From an uncultured Gammaproteobacteria bacterium (lineage in GTDB: Bacteria > Pseudomonadota > Gammaproteobacteria > Pseudomonadales > Azotimanducaceae), in assembly GCA_963787045.1 (NCBI GenBank), contig CAWBBR010000010.1, forward strand, positions 7,742 through 71,741: DNA of 64,000 nt. The letters run 5' to 3'. Of this stretch, positions 29,414-40,626 are shown in pieces. The stretch's first letter is position 1. Each line of letters starts with the position of its first letter. The position numbers were made by a program, and so were the translations under genes. Below the pieces are notes generated by a model that saw only the letters and a list, made by a program, of their open reading frames with translations, searched no databases and had not been told where the DNA came from.

Positions 29414-32400
29414 TCAGAACGTCGACTCGGTCCTTTCGGACGCTGCCAGGATCGGGCGCAGCGATTCGTGGTCCGCCGGTTTGACGATGTACGCATCGAA
29501 GAGCTCTGCGGTCTCGGGTTCCCACGACTCGTGAGGATCGTAGCCGCTCAACGCGACGATCCGCATTTTGGCGAGTTGCGGATTCGACCGCAGCCGCTTG
29601 GCCACCTCGTACCCATCGATCTGCGGCAAGCCGATATCGAGCAGAACCACGTCCGGTCGAGTGCGCGTGGCCACTTCGATGGCCTCCGTGGCGTCGTAAA
29701 CGACGTCGACGTCGTGTTCATCCAGGCGCAACAGCATGGCGAGCGCATCGGCCGCGTCAGCGTTGTCGTCGACCACGAGGACGCGCCGACGCGGGATGTC
29801 GACGCTGCCGGATTCCGTGCCGCGCGCGGAATCCGACACCGCAACCCGCGGCAGGCGGATGGTGAACGTCGACCCGGCGCCTGCGCCGGCGCTTCGAGCG
29901 TCGATGCTGCCACCGTGCATTTCAATCAGGCGCTTGACGATGGACAACCCGAGACCGAGGCCGCCTTGTGCGCGGTCGAGCGTGCGTTCGCTCTGCACGA
30001 ACGGGTCGAAGATATGCGGCATCAGGTCCGCCGCAATGCCGGCGCCGTTGTCCGTCACGCTGATCGCCACGTCGCCGCCGTCGCATTCGTTCACGTCAAC
30101 TCGCAACGTGCCGCCGGAATCCGTGTATTTCGCGGCGTTGTGCAGCACGTTACCGAGCGCCTGCACGAGCCGCACGCGATCGCCCCGAACGTAGAACGGC
30201 CCTGCGTGGATATCGACCGTTAGGATTTGGTGCTTGCCGAGGATCAACGGTTCGGCGCTTTCGACCGCGTGAGCGACGATCGCGGCGACATCGATGTCCT
30301 CTTCGTGCAGCGTAATTCGACCCTGCGTGATGCGCGAGACGTCGAGCAGATCGTCGACCAGCCGATTCAGCTGCCCCGACTGCCGTCGCAGCATCGCGAG
30401 CAACCCGCTCGCATCCTCGTTCGCCGGCGAGGTGAGTGTCAGCAGCTCGATTCCGTTTCTAATGGCCGCGAGCGGATTACGCAGCTCGTGCGCGAGCATC
30501 GCCATGAATTCGTCCTTCTGCCGGTCCGCCTCGTGCAACGCGGCTTCGTAGTGGTGCCGCTCGGTCACGTCGCGAATTGTGCCGCGCATCACCTGGCCAC
30601 TTCCGGTCCGCTCCACGCGACCGCGCGCCTCGAGCCACACGATCTCGCCGCCCGGATGCACGACGCGGAACTCGTCGGAGTAGCTCGCCCCGGCGAGCGC
30701 CTGGCTGACGGTGCGCGCCACTCGTTCGCGGTCGTCGGGATGAATCACCTTGAGCGAGCGCTCATACGTCACGTCGCCCGAGCCGCCGGGTTCGAAGAGT
30801 TCCCAGGCTTCGGCCGACCAGTTGGCTTCGTCTGTCGTCGCGTTCCATTCCCACGTGCCGACACCGCCGGCCGCTTGCGCCAGCCGCAGCCGCTCCCCGG
30901 TCTCGCGCAGGGCCTCCTCCGCCATCCTGCGGGTGGTCACGTCGCCGACGACACCGATGAAGCGTGCGGCGTGTCGGTTCGCGCCGACACCCTCGAAGAA
31001 CGTGCGACCGCGGTTGTACAACCAGCGTATCTCACCCGTATCGGCTCGTACGATTCGGTACTCCTGAACGAACTCTCCGGTTCCGTCCGGCGCGAGCGAA
31101 TCGCGCATGGCGCTCATGGTGCGTTCACGATCGTCGGAATGGATGAGCCGCTCGATGATCTCTGTCGTGATCGCGTCGGCGGCGCTCATGCCGTGCATCG
31201 CCGCGAGCTCCGCCGTCCAGTGCACATCGTTGCGAACAGGATCGTAGTCATAGAAACCATAGCCGGAGGTCTGCGTTGCAAGTCGCAACCGTTCCTCCGA
31301 TTCGCGAAGGCGGATCTCGGCCCGCGCGCGTTCGATGTGCGTACCGGTGCGCGTCGCCAATTCCTGGACCAATTCGATCTCGTGGAGCCGCCAGGGGTAG
31401 ACGTCGGCTTTATCGACGGCGAGAACGAAGCGTACGCGGCCCGCGAGAACGCACGGCGCGCTCAGCAGCGCATGGGTGCGAAACTCCTGCAGCGCCACTG
31501 CGAAGGGTGCCGTACGAGGGTCCGTCGCCGTGTCGTCGATGGCGATCGGTTTACCTTGCAGGAACTCACTGTGGACTTCCGCCGTTTGGAACGTGGCCAA
31601 CGGGAAGGCACGACTCGCGTCCGGTAGTTCGGCGGAACCGTGCGCGTACAGATTCGTCGCGGACCGGCCTTCTGCGTCGATTTCGATGAACAGGACGCGC
31701 TGAACCTGCAGATACTCGGCGAGGCGTTCGCCGACGCAGCGCATGATCGCGGCGTCGTTCGATGCCATCGCGACTTCGTCGACGAGTTCGGACAACAGTC
31801 GAGCGTTGCCTTCGCGCCGTTTGGCTCGCGTGATGTCGGTGACCACACCATCCCAGACGATGCGTCCGCTCGTCTCCCGATACGGACGCGAACGCAGATG
31901 CAGCCAGCGTAGCTTGCCGTCCGGTCGATGCATCGGCAGTTCGAGGTCGAGGTCGACCAACTCCCGTTCGCTGCGGTCGACAACGCGCAGGAGCTGCTCT
32001 CGGTACTCGGTTGGAACCAGGTCGACGATGTTCCGTGCATCGCGCAACACGTCCTCGACGAGGACCCCATTGATCTCGCGGATGCCACCGCTCAACGACA
32101 GAAAATGCCGCTCGCCGTCCGGCTCCTTCGCGAAGCGGAAGAGCGCGCTGCCCGGCAGGTGGTCGGCGATGCTGCGTAGCTGACGCTCGCTTTCGTTCCG
32201 TAGGTCTTCTGCTTGCTTGCGCTCGGTGATGTCGCTGGCGGTGCCGATGACCTGCAGCGGCTGCCCGTTCGAATCGCGGCGGAAGACCGTCTCGTAACAC
32301 AGGAACCATCGCCAGCGTCCGTCGCGATGACGCAGGCGATATTCGCGGCGCACGATCGCGTCGTCGGCGAGCATTGCGAGTTCACGCTCGTAGTCGGCGA

Positions 32401-34139
32401 GCCCAACGACGTCGTCCGGGTGCACCAGCTTGGGGATGAAGTCGCCACGGAGCCCTATGACCTCGTCCGGTGTGTAGCCGATCACCTCCGCGACGTGGCG
32501 ATTGACGAAGACGAGGCTGCGATCACGCAGATCGCGCACGTAGACGACGCTCGGGACGACTTCGAGCACATGCGTAACGAACTGTCTTTCGTCGAGCAGT
32601 GCGGCCGCCGCGTTCTTCTCTTCAGTGATGTCTACGTTGATGCCCGACACGCGCACGGCGGTCCCGTCGGTCGCGTGCGTGACGCGGCCGACCGCCAGCA
32701 GCCACACCGTACCGCGCTCGGGATGACGGATGCGGAATTCCGCGCGGAATTCGGGAAAGTCGCCGCTGAGCGCTTTCCACATCCCTCGATTCATGCGCTC
32801 GATATCCGCCGGGTCGACATAGCCTGTCGCTTCTTCGAACGACAACGGCTCCGGGCGCGGCGGCATTCCGTAGAGCACGAAATTTTCGATCGACCAGTAC
32901 ACGGTGCCGTCGACGATGTCCCATTCCCAGACCCCAGCGTTCGAGGCGGCCAGCGAGAGTCGAAGTCGTTCTTCTGTCTGGCGCAGTTCGGTGATTTCGT
33001 TGGCGGCCGTCCTGACGCCCTCGATCGATCCGTCAGGCGCCGTGAGCGGTGCGGCAATCACGTCATAGAAACGCTCGTTGCCCGGCTCGCCGATGCGAAG
33101 CTGCCGCCGTGTCAGCACGCCGGTCTGCAGCACCCACCGCTTCAGCGCGAGGAGTTCGGCGACGGACTGCGGCGACGCGAGTTCGTCGTCACGCTTGCCG
33201 ATCACGTCGACCTCCCCAAAGGTACGTTCCGCGTTGTAGGCCCACTGATAGCGGAGATCGCGATCGGCGACGGAAAGGACGATCGGTAAATAGTCGAGCG
33301 CCAGACCAAGGCGCGCCTCGCCGTCGTGCAATTGGTCGAACAGCTGAGGATCGCTGCGTTCCATCAGCCGCAGATCCGGTTGTGCGATGCGCAGCGCGGT
33401 GCCCACGGCGATCGCACAACTCGCGGCGAACAGCAGCGATCGAGCTGATGCGTCGTACAGGTCGATGTATTCGCCGAGTGCGACGACAAGGGCAACGGCG
33501 AGCGGTGTGGCGAGGAGGACCGCCACGAGTGCCCGAATCCCGCGCCTCGGCTCGGGACTCGTCAACAGCATGGCCAGCCACCGGTACGGCGTGATCAGCG
33601 CCCAGCCGATGGCGAGTATCGACTAGCGCGGCCGTCGTGCCGAGTTCCCCGCCAAGCAGGGTCGCGGCGCGCGACGAAACGCCGAGTGCATACGCAAGCA
33701 AACTCGTCATCGCAACGATCAGAGCCGCCGTGACGGGCGCTACGCGTTCGACCGAACTGCGAGACGGGCTCGCCGCCGCGGCCAGGGCCAGGATGCCGAT
33801 GCAAAGCATGGGGCCGGGCGGTGCGTCTGCTGCGGCGACGTCGATCGCTTCGACTCCGTACGTGGCGCCGCTCACGCGCCCGAGCAGCACGATCGCACAC
33901 GTTACGACCAGCATCCACGCACTTGCGCGCACCGTGGTGTCCCACCGTTCGCTGCTGCGCACCCGCGAGAGCAGCAGCAGACCACTCGCGACGAGGCCGG
34001 CTTGAACCAGCGGAAGCGCTGACTCCACGTTGAGCAGCGCGCTGCCGGCTGCCACGAGTATCACGATCACTGCGCACGCGTGCGACGCGTGCATGGCTGT
34101 CGCGGAGGGTTGCCAGATCGTCTGTTTCCGAGCCTTCAT
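29414..34139 (-). pseudogene. hybrid sensor histidine kinase (membrane N-domain, multiple PAS/GAF, HisKA, HATPase, receiver) with apparent 1-nt frameshift near 33600-33623
   Basis: The 1385-aa ORF 29414..33571 has repeated PAS-like blocks, H-box FMAMLAHELRNPL, N/G boxes and a C-terminal receiver (VLVVDDN..DIGLP..K). ORF 33189..34139 encodes ~170 aa of TM helices. These continue, after a shift at gcc gcg cta (g) tcg ata ctc, into the hydrophobic SILAIGWALITPYRWLAMLL.. of the kinase frame. Confidence 0.75.
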
Positions 34140-34399
34140 GCGAACGCTCCGACTATTTGCGCGGCCAGACGATCGACGTTCCGCCCTGACCCATGGACTC
34201 GCCGCCGAACGTGCGATCGAACGAAGCTCGCCGCAATCCGCCGGCCGGATTCGTTCTCAGATCGATCAACGAACTCGCGGTGCGACATTTTCGACCGATC
34301 GCTGTCCCGCTGCGGGTATCCATATCATTCTCGCGCGCCGATACCAAGGAGGCTGTGGTACGCACTTATACGTACAACTGCTCGGTCCGATCGTGAGTT

Positions 34400-34415
34400 T
34401 GTGACCGGTGTCACA
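34400..34415. promoter_or_regulatory. CRP/Vfr/Clp-type palindromic site TGTGA-N6-TCACA
   Basis: TGTGACCGGTGTCACA, with both half-sites perfect. Lies in a 420-bp non-coding gap, 261 nt upstream of the ATG at 34139. Confidence 0.4.
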
Positions 34416-34561
34416 GGTTCGGTTCAATGCCTCGATCGGTTTTTCCGCCCCTCAGCGAGCGCGTTGGGACGAACGAAGCTGTGCCGGCAATGTAGTACGG
34501 TGTCGCGCGAAGTCGCCGACCGAAATCGGCTGCCGATGAACACGCGACGGCGGCGATCCAA

Positions 34562-34795
34562 CTAATCTGCGGGCGGCTTCGCCGGCGCTGCGAGCAGCAA
34601 CGCCTTCATCTGATCGAGCGCATCCTGCCGTTCGTCGAGCGTGCGGATGTGCCAGCGGATCAACTCGGCGCGTTCGGGGTGGTTCGACAAGCGGATGGTC
34701 TCGAGCGACAGCTGCAGACGTTCGATCTCGCGCTCGAGCAGCACGATGACGTCGTCCAGCGAATTGTTGATCAGCTCGTCTGCCACAGTCGCCAT
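34562..34795 (-). CDS. small helical hypothetical protein (77 aa)
   Basis: ORF with balanced, non-Arg-rich composition (MATVADELINNSLDDVIVLLEREIERLQL..). No clear RBS and no family recognised. Confidence 0.4.
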   Translation of the reverse strand: MATVADELINNSLDDVIVLLEREIERLQLSLETIRLSNHPERAELIRWHIRTLDERQDALDQMKALLLAAPAKPPAD

Positions 34796-34878
34796 CGTCG
34801 CGTTGGGTCTCGATCTCGAACGTCTTTGTAGACTAGCAGCCCCATGGAGGACGCACCGTCGTCAAAGCCGAATTTTGT

Positions 34879-35632
34879 TTACGGTGTCCCACCGTCGACA
34901 CGAACCAGCGTGCCGGTCGTGAAACTCGCCGACGGACTCGCGAGGAACAACGCCGCACCGACGATTTCGTTCGGCTCGCCGCCGCGTTTCATCGCGAGAC
35001 GCGGCGCCTGCAGTTTGCGGAACGATTCCATGTCCCACGCTTTCGATATGTCGGTGAGAAACGGGCCGGCGACGATGCAGTTGACCCGCACCTTCGGTCC
35101 GTACGCGAACGCGAACGACCGCGTGATCGAGTTGAGTCCGGCTTTCGCCGCGCCGTACGGCTCCGACGTCGGCGATCGGATTCAGCGACGCGGTGCTCGA
35201 GATGTTGATGATCGAGCCGCCGTCGCCTTTCGCCATCCGGCTGCCGACGAGCGCCGACAGACGGAACGGTCCCTTGAAATTCAGCCCGACGACTTTGTCG
35301 AACAGATCTTCGGAGATGTCTTCCAGCGCCGGATACAGCGGCGACATGCCGGCGTTGTTGACCAGCACGTCGACGCGGCCGAACCGTTCGTACGCCGCAT
35401 CGGCGAGCTTGCCGACTTCGTCCCAGCGGCCGACGTGACAGGCGATCGGCAACGCTTTGCGACCTTTTTTCTCGGCCTCGCGCGCCACTTCCTCGCAGGC
35501 CTGCAGCTTGCGGCTGGCGATCACGACGTCGGCGCCGCGTTCGGCAAACGCCAACACCATCTCGCGGCCGAGACCGCGGCTGCCGCCGGTGACCAGAACC
35601 ACCTTGCCGGTGAAATCGAACAACGGATCCAT
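34879..35632 (-). pseudogene. SDR family oxidoreductase, apparent 1-nt insertion near 35175-35182
   Basis: MDPLFDFTGKVVLVTGGSRGLG..NNAG..IINISSTASLNP reads in the frame of ORF 34862..35752. SPTSEPYGAAKAGLNSITRSFAFAYGPKVRVNCIVAGP..VDGG reads in the frame of ORF 34879..35091. Confidence 0.8.
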
Positions 35633-35660
35633 CGCACTTCCCCCTGAATATTTTCGCTGA

Positions 35661-37302
35661 TTAATTCTTAGCCGAACCGGTCGCCTGTTCCTTCGCCCAC
35701 CGATAGTCGGCCTTGCCGCTCGGGCTGCGCACGATCGCGTCGCGAAAGACATAGGCCTTCGGCAACTTGTAGCGCGCGATGTGTTTCGCGCACTCGTCGC
35801 TCAATTCGGCATCTGTCACCCGCACGCCGTCGCGCAACTGCACGACCGCCACTACCTCCTGACCCCAGCGTTCGCTCGGCCGTCCGGCGACCACCGCGTC
35901 GTAAACCGCGGGATGGTGTTTCAGCGCGTGTTCGACTTCTTCGGCGAAGATCTTTTCGCCGCCCGAGTTGATCGTCACCGAGTCGCGGCCGTGCAGCTCG
36001 ATGCTGCCGTCGGCGAGATGTCGCGCGCGATCGCCGGGCACCGAGAAACGCGTGCCGCCGATCATCACGAACGTACGCTCGGTCTTCGCCGCGTCGTCGA
36101 GGTAGCCGAGCGGCACGAATCCCCGCTTCGCCCACCAGCCCATGCCCTCGTGTCCGGGCGGCAATACCGTGGTCAATGCTTCGTCGACGACGACGTTGTC
36201 GGGACCCGGCACGAACTTGCCGGTGCTCGCGCCGGTCATCTTGTTGCTGATCTGCGAGCCCTGTCCGCCCGCCTCCGACGAACCGAGCCCGTCGATGATC
36301 ATCACGTGCGGCAGCAGTTCGAGAATTTCGGCCTTGATCGACGCGTTCAGCGGCGCACCGCCCGACAGAATGATGCCGAGACACGACAGGTCGTAGTTGC
36401 CGTTGCGGATGGCATCGACGATCGGCCGCGCGAACGCATCGCCGACGATCTGCAGGAAGTTGATCTTCTCGCGCTCGATCAACGACAGGATGTCGGCCGG
36501 ATCGAGCCGCTCCACGTCGCTCTGAATGAACACCGTGTTGCCCTGGTGCAGCGCGGACAGTGCGATCCAATGCCCGGCGCCGTGCATATAAGGCGCGGCC
36601 GGGAACATCTTCATGCTGACGGTCTTCGCGCGTTCGACGAACTCGTCGAGCGACTCGATGATCTTGCCGTCGGCCGCGCGTCCGCCCAGCGCCGCAACGA
36701 GAATGTCGGCCTGACGCCATAGCACGCCTTTCGGCATGCCGGTGGTGCCGCCGGTATAGAGGATGTAGAGATCGTCCGGCGACGGTTCCGTTTTCGGCAC
36801 GTCCGGCGAGCTCTGCGCGAGTGCGGTCTCGTAATCGACGGCGCCCGGCAGCAGCGCGTTGCCGGATTCGTCCGCCACCTGGATGAACACTTCCAACGAC
36901 GGAACTTTGGCGCGCACCGCGGCGACGCGCGGCGCGAAATTCGCGTGATAGATGATCGCGCGTGCGCGCGCGTTGTTCAGCAGGTACACCAGCTCTTCTT
37001 CGACGTAGCGGTAGTTGACGTTGAACGGCGCGACGCGCGCCTTGTAACCGCCGAGCATGCCTTCGAGGTACTCGTTGCCGTTGAAGAGATACAGCGCGAG
37101 CTGGTCCTGCCCCGATTCCCACGGCTCCAGCGCCGAGCGCGGCGTTCGCACGCCGAGGCCGCGCGACACCAGATAGTTGGCCGAGCCGCCGCGTCCGCTC
37201 GTTGAGCTGGCCGAACGTGATGCGGCGATCGCGAAACACGATTGCTTCCTGATCCGGAAATGCCGCCGCAATGGCTTCGCTGACTGCGCCCAGATTGAAC
37301 AT
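35661..37302 (-). pseudogene. acyl-CoA synthetase (AMP-binding), apparent 1-nt insertion near 37179-37185
   Basis: MFNLGAVSEAIAAAFPDQEAIVFRDRRITFGQLNERTRRL (frame of ORF 35668..37302), then ANYLVSRGLGV...YTGGTTGMPKGV...GDRAR..DGSIELHGRDS (frame of ORF 35661..38141). Confidence 0.85.
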
Positions 37303-37439
37303 GATCCCTGCCGTGATCGAAGTGAGGGGCCATGCTGCCCTGCGCTCCTGCCCATGTAAACCGAGTCGCCGTCGCGCGGCTGGCTTCGCCGCCGGGCCGT
37401 CGCTAGGCTTGCGCGCGTCACCTCACGCAGACGACCTCC

Positions 37440-38024
37440 ATGGAACTGATCCTCGTCCGTCACGCGCTGCCGGAACGCCAGCAGGTCGCATCCGGCACCG
37501 CCGATCCGCCACTCTCGACGACCGGACTCGAACAGGCGGCCAAGGTTGCGCGGTGGCTCGCGGCCGAGACGATCGACACGGTGTTCTCGAGTCCGATGCG
37601 CCGCGCAAAGGAAACCGCACAGGCCTACGTCGCCCTCAGCGGACATCCGATCCAGTTCCACGAAGGCATCGTCGAATTCGACCGGCACACGTCGAGCTAC
37701 ATTCCGATGGAGGAACTGAAACGCACCGACTACGCCGCCTGGAAAGCGTTCGTCGACGGCCGCTACAACGAGGAGGTCGACATCCTGGCTTTTCAGGACA
37801 CGGTCGTTCGCGCGCTGGAATCGATCATCGCCCGCCACCAGGGCCAACGCGTGGTCGTCTTCTGCCATGGCGGCGTCATCAACGTCTGGGCCGCCCACGT
37901 CCTGCGCATGGTGCCGCGCCTCTTCTTCGAACCGAACTACACCAGCATTCACCGCTTCCTGTGCGCACGGTCCGGCGAACGGAACGTCGTCAGCCTCAAC
38001 GAGACGGCCCATTTGAGGGACTGA
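37440..38024 (+). CDS. histidine phosphatase (phosphoglycerate-mutase-like) family protein
   Basis: LILVRHA (RHG-type motif), SSPMRRAKETA and CHGGVI. Confidence 0.85.
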   Translation: MELILVRHALPERQQVASGTADPPLSTTGLEQAAKVARWLAAETIDTVFSSPMRRAKETAQAYVALSGHPIQFHEGIVEFDRHTSSYIPMEELKRTDYAAWKAFVDGRYNEEVDILAFQDTVVRALESIIARHQGQRVVVFCHGGVINVWAAHVLRMVPRLFFEPNYTSIHRFLCARSGERNVVSLNETAHLRD

Positions 38025-38049
38025 GGCGGTGGGACGAGCTTCGATTTGC

Positions 38050-38163
38050 GGTGGAGGCGGGTGATCGGTGCTCCGGACTCGCTCGAGCCATCCCTGGGCG
38101 CTCCTTTCGCGACATCCATGTCGCTCAAGGGTCCGGCACACCGATCACCCGCCACCTTCCGCC
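38050..38163. repeat. ~113-bp intergenic repeat element, copy A (has its own terminal inverted repeats GGCGGGTGATCGGTG / CACCGATCACCCGCC)
   Basis: Direct reading. The reverse complement of 38050-38163 aligns by eye with 38270-38382, with most positions matching and the arm ends nearly perfect. Confidence 0.75.
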
Positions 38164-38203
38164 ATCGAAGTCGCGCCTCCATCGCTCAGTCGTGTGTCGA
38201 GCG

Positions 38204-38227
38204 TGAACGCGCGCTAGCGCGCGTTCA
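38204..38227. repeat. perfect 24-nt palindrome at the centre of the composite inverted repeat
   Basis: TGAACGCGCGC TA GCGCGCGTTCA. Confidence 0.8.
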
Positions 38228-38269
38228 TGCACGACACCGACGAGCGAAGCGCGTGAGCTCGGACCGCAG

Positions 38270-38382
38270 GACGGTGGCGGGTGAATCGGTGTGCCGGACC
38301 CTTGAGCGCCAGGGATGTCGCGAAAGGAGCGACCAGGGATGGCTCGAGCGCGTCCGAAGCAGCGATTCACCCACCTCCGCCG
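38270..38382. repeat. ~113-bp intergenic repeat element, copy B (inverted relative to copy A)
   Basis: GGTGGCGGGTGAATCGGTGTGCCGGACCCTTGAGCG..CGAAAGGAGCG..CAGGGATGGCTCGAGCG.. matches the reverse complement of copy A. Confidence 0.75.
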
Positions 38383-38496
38383 CGAACTCGAAGCTCGCAC
38401 CTCCTCCGCTTGCCTTCATCTCGCGTTTCCATAGACTGTTGCGTCGCACAATTTGCAGCTCATAACTACACGATACCTATATAGGGAGGTTTTCTG

Positions 38497-39375
38497 ATGG
38501 GAATGCTCGATGGCAAGGTCGCTCTGGTGACGGGTGCGGGTGGCGGTCTGGGCCGCGCCCACGCGCTGTTGTTGGCGAAGGAAGGCGCGTCTGTCGTCGT
38601 GAACGACCTGGGCGGTTCGCGTGACGGCACCGGCGCCGGCCACAACATGGCCGATCAGGTCGTCAATGAAATCAAAGCGGCCGGCGGCAAGGCCGTGGCC
38701 GACTACGGTTCGGTCGCGGATCCGGCGCAGGCCAAGGCCATGGTGCAAACCGCCGTTTCGAACTTCGGCAAGCTCGACATCTGCATCAACAACGCCGGCA
38801 TCCTGCGCGACAAGTCGTTCAAGAACATGACCGACGATCTGTGGGACATCATCATCAACGTGCACCTGCGCGGCACGTATCTGGTCACGAAAGCGGCGTA
38901 CGACCAGATGATCGCGCAGGGCCACGGCGGCCGGATCATCATGACGAGTTCGACGTCGGGTCTGCTCGGCAACTTCGGCCAGACGAATTACGGCGCGGCG
39001 AAAGCGGCAACCGCCGGCTTCATGCGCTGCCTGTGGCTCGAAGGCGTGAAGTACGGCATCACCGTCAACATTCTCGCGCCCACCGCGATGTCGCGGCTCA
39101 CCGAAGACGTCCTGCCGGAACAGGCGAAGGACGCGTTCCCGCCGGAGAAGGTCTCGCCTGCGGTCGTGTGGTTGTGCACCGACGAAGCGAAGGAAGTCAG
39201 CGGCCGGCAGTTCCTGGTCGCCGGCAACAACGTGTCGCTGCTGTCGTGGCAGATCACGCCGATCGCGTCGAAGGATCAGAAAGACGCACCGTGGGGCGTG
39301 AAGACCATCGGTGAAAAGATCCTCGCCAGCAAAGACGAGTGGCCGCCGATCAATCCGATGCGCGGCTTCATGTGA
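38497..39375 (+). CDS. SDR family oxidoreductase (hydroxyacyl-CoA dehydrogenase-like)
   Basis: TGAGGGLG, NNAG and YGAAK. RBS GGGAGG upstream. Confidence 0.9.
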   Translation: MGMLDGKVALVTGAGGGLGRAHALLLAKEGASVVVNDLGGSRDGTGAGHNMADQVVNEIKAAGGKAVADYGSVADPAQAKAMVQTAVSNFGKLDICINNAGILRDKSFKNMTDDLWDIIINVHLRGTYLVTKAAYDQMIAQGHGGRIIMTSSTSGLLGNFGQTNYGAAKAATAGFMRCLWLEGVKYGITVNILAPTAMSRLTEDVLPEQAKDAFPPEKVSPAVVWLCTDEAKEVSGRQFLVAGNNVSLLSWQITPIASKDQKDAPWGVKTIGEKILASKDEWPPINPMRGFM

Positions 39376-40586
39376 CCGACATGCCCGGTCCACTGGCCGG
39401 CTTTTCGGTACTCGATCTGTCGGCCATCGTTTCGGGGCCGCTGACCGGCGCGTTGCTGGCCGATCAAGGCGCTTCCGTCATCAAGGTGGAGCGCCTGGTC
39501 GGCGACATTCAGCGCCACGTCGGCAGCAGCCGGAACGGCTTTTCGGGTTTCTTTCACGTCATCAACCGCGGCAAGCGGTCGATTGCGCTCGACCTCGCTA
39601 CGGACGAAGGTCGCGGCATCGTGGAAGCGTTGGCGCAACGCGCCGACGTGGTGATCCAGAACTTCCGGCCGGGCGTGATCACGCGCCTCGGCCTCGGCTA
39701 CGAACGACTGAGCGCACTGAACCCGAAGCTCGTGTATCTGTCGATCAGCGGCTTCGGTCAGACCGGCCCGCGCGCCGGCGAGCGCGCCTACGATCCGATC
39801 ATCCAGTTCTACTCGGGCATCGCCGCCACGCAAGGCCGCATCCATCTCGAACATCCGGATCAGCCCGAGCAGGTGAATCAGCTGATTCTCGACAAGCTGA
39901 CGGCGTACACCGGCTTCCAGGCAATTACCGCCGCGCTGCTGGAGCGATCGAAGAGCGGCGCCGGCCAGCACATCGAGCTGTCGATGCTCGATACCGCGAT
40001 CGCGTTTCTGTGGCCCGATACGGCCGCCGATCTCATCCTGCAGGGCGACGGCGTCGATGCACGTCCACCGGTCGGGGCATCGGGCAACGTCGCGGAGTAT
40101 CGCGACGGATGGGCCACCACCATGACGCTGTCGGACGACGAGTTCCACGGCATGTGCCGCGCGCTCGGTTGCGACCACGTCGGCGACGATCCGCGCTTCG
40201 CGACTTTGACGGCTCGTCAGCGGAACCGTCCGGCGCTGATCGAAGTGTTGCGCGGCGAGATGGCAGCGGCATCGAGAAAGCTCTCGCTCGCCGAAGCGGC
40301 CGAGCGATTCGCGGCCGAAGACGTGCCGTTCGCCCGGGCGCGACGTCTGACCGAGCTGCACGAAGATCCGCAGATCGCACACAATCAGGTGTTCAGCACG
40401 CTCGAGCATCCAACCGCCGGCACGCTCCGCCACGCGCGGCCCGCGCCGCGATTCGGTCGAACGCCGGCGGCGCCCGGCGGTCCCGCACCGGTGTCGGGCC
40501 AGCATACGCGCGAGATCCTCGCCGAACTCGGTCTCGGCGATCGCACCGAAGACTGGCTCGCGCGCGGCATCGTCGCAGCGCCATGA
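39372..40586 (+). CDS. family III CoA-transferase (CaiB/BaiF type)
   Basis: GTG at 39372 overlaps the SDR stop (GTGA); ATG at 39381 is an alternative. LAGFSVLDLS..GP, VIKVE, NRGKRSI and QNFRPG motifs. Confidence 0.85.
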   Translation: MTDMPGPLAGFSVLDLSAIVSGPLTGALLADQGASVIKVERLVGDIQRHVGSSRNGFSGFFHVINRGKRSIALDLATDEGRGIVEALAQRADVVIQNFRPGVITRLGLGYERLSALNPKLVYLSISGFGQTGPRAGERAYDPIIQFYSGIAATQGRIHLEHPDQPEQVNQLILDKLTAYTGFQAITAALLERSKSGAGQHIELSMLDTAIAFLWPDTAADLILQGDGVDARPPVGASGNVAEYRDGWATTMTLSDDEFHGMCRALGCDHVGDDPRFATLTARQRNRPALIEVLRGEMAAASRKLSLAEAAERFAAEDVPFARARRLTELHEDPQIAHNQVFSTLEHPTAGTLRHARPAPRFGRTPAAPGGPAPVSGQHTREILAELGLGDRTEDWLARGIVAAP

Positions 40587-40626
40587 ACGCGCCAGTGCAC
40601 ATGGCATTCGAGAATCAGGAGTCATC

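Noticed and set aside
38046-38465. 139-aa ORF (and 38125..38400, 38225..38449) across the intergenic repeats
   Set aside because: The 'protein' is a mirrored translation of the two inverted repeat copies. It is Arg/Ser-rich with an alternative TTG start, so it is repeat DNA and not coding.
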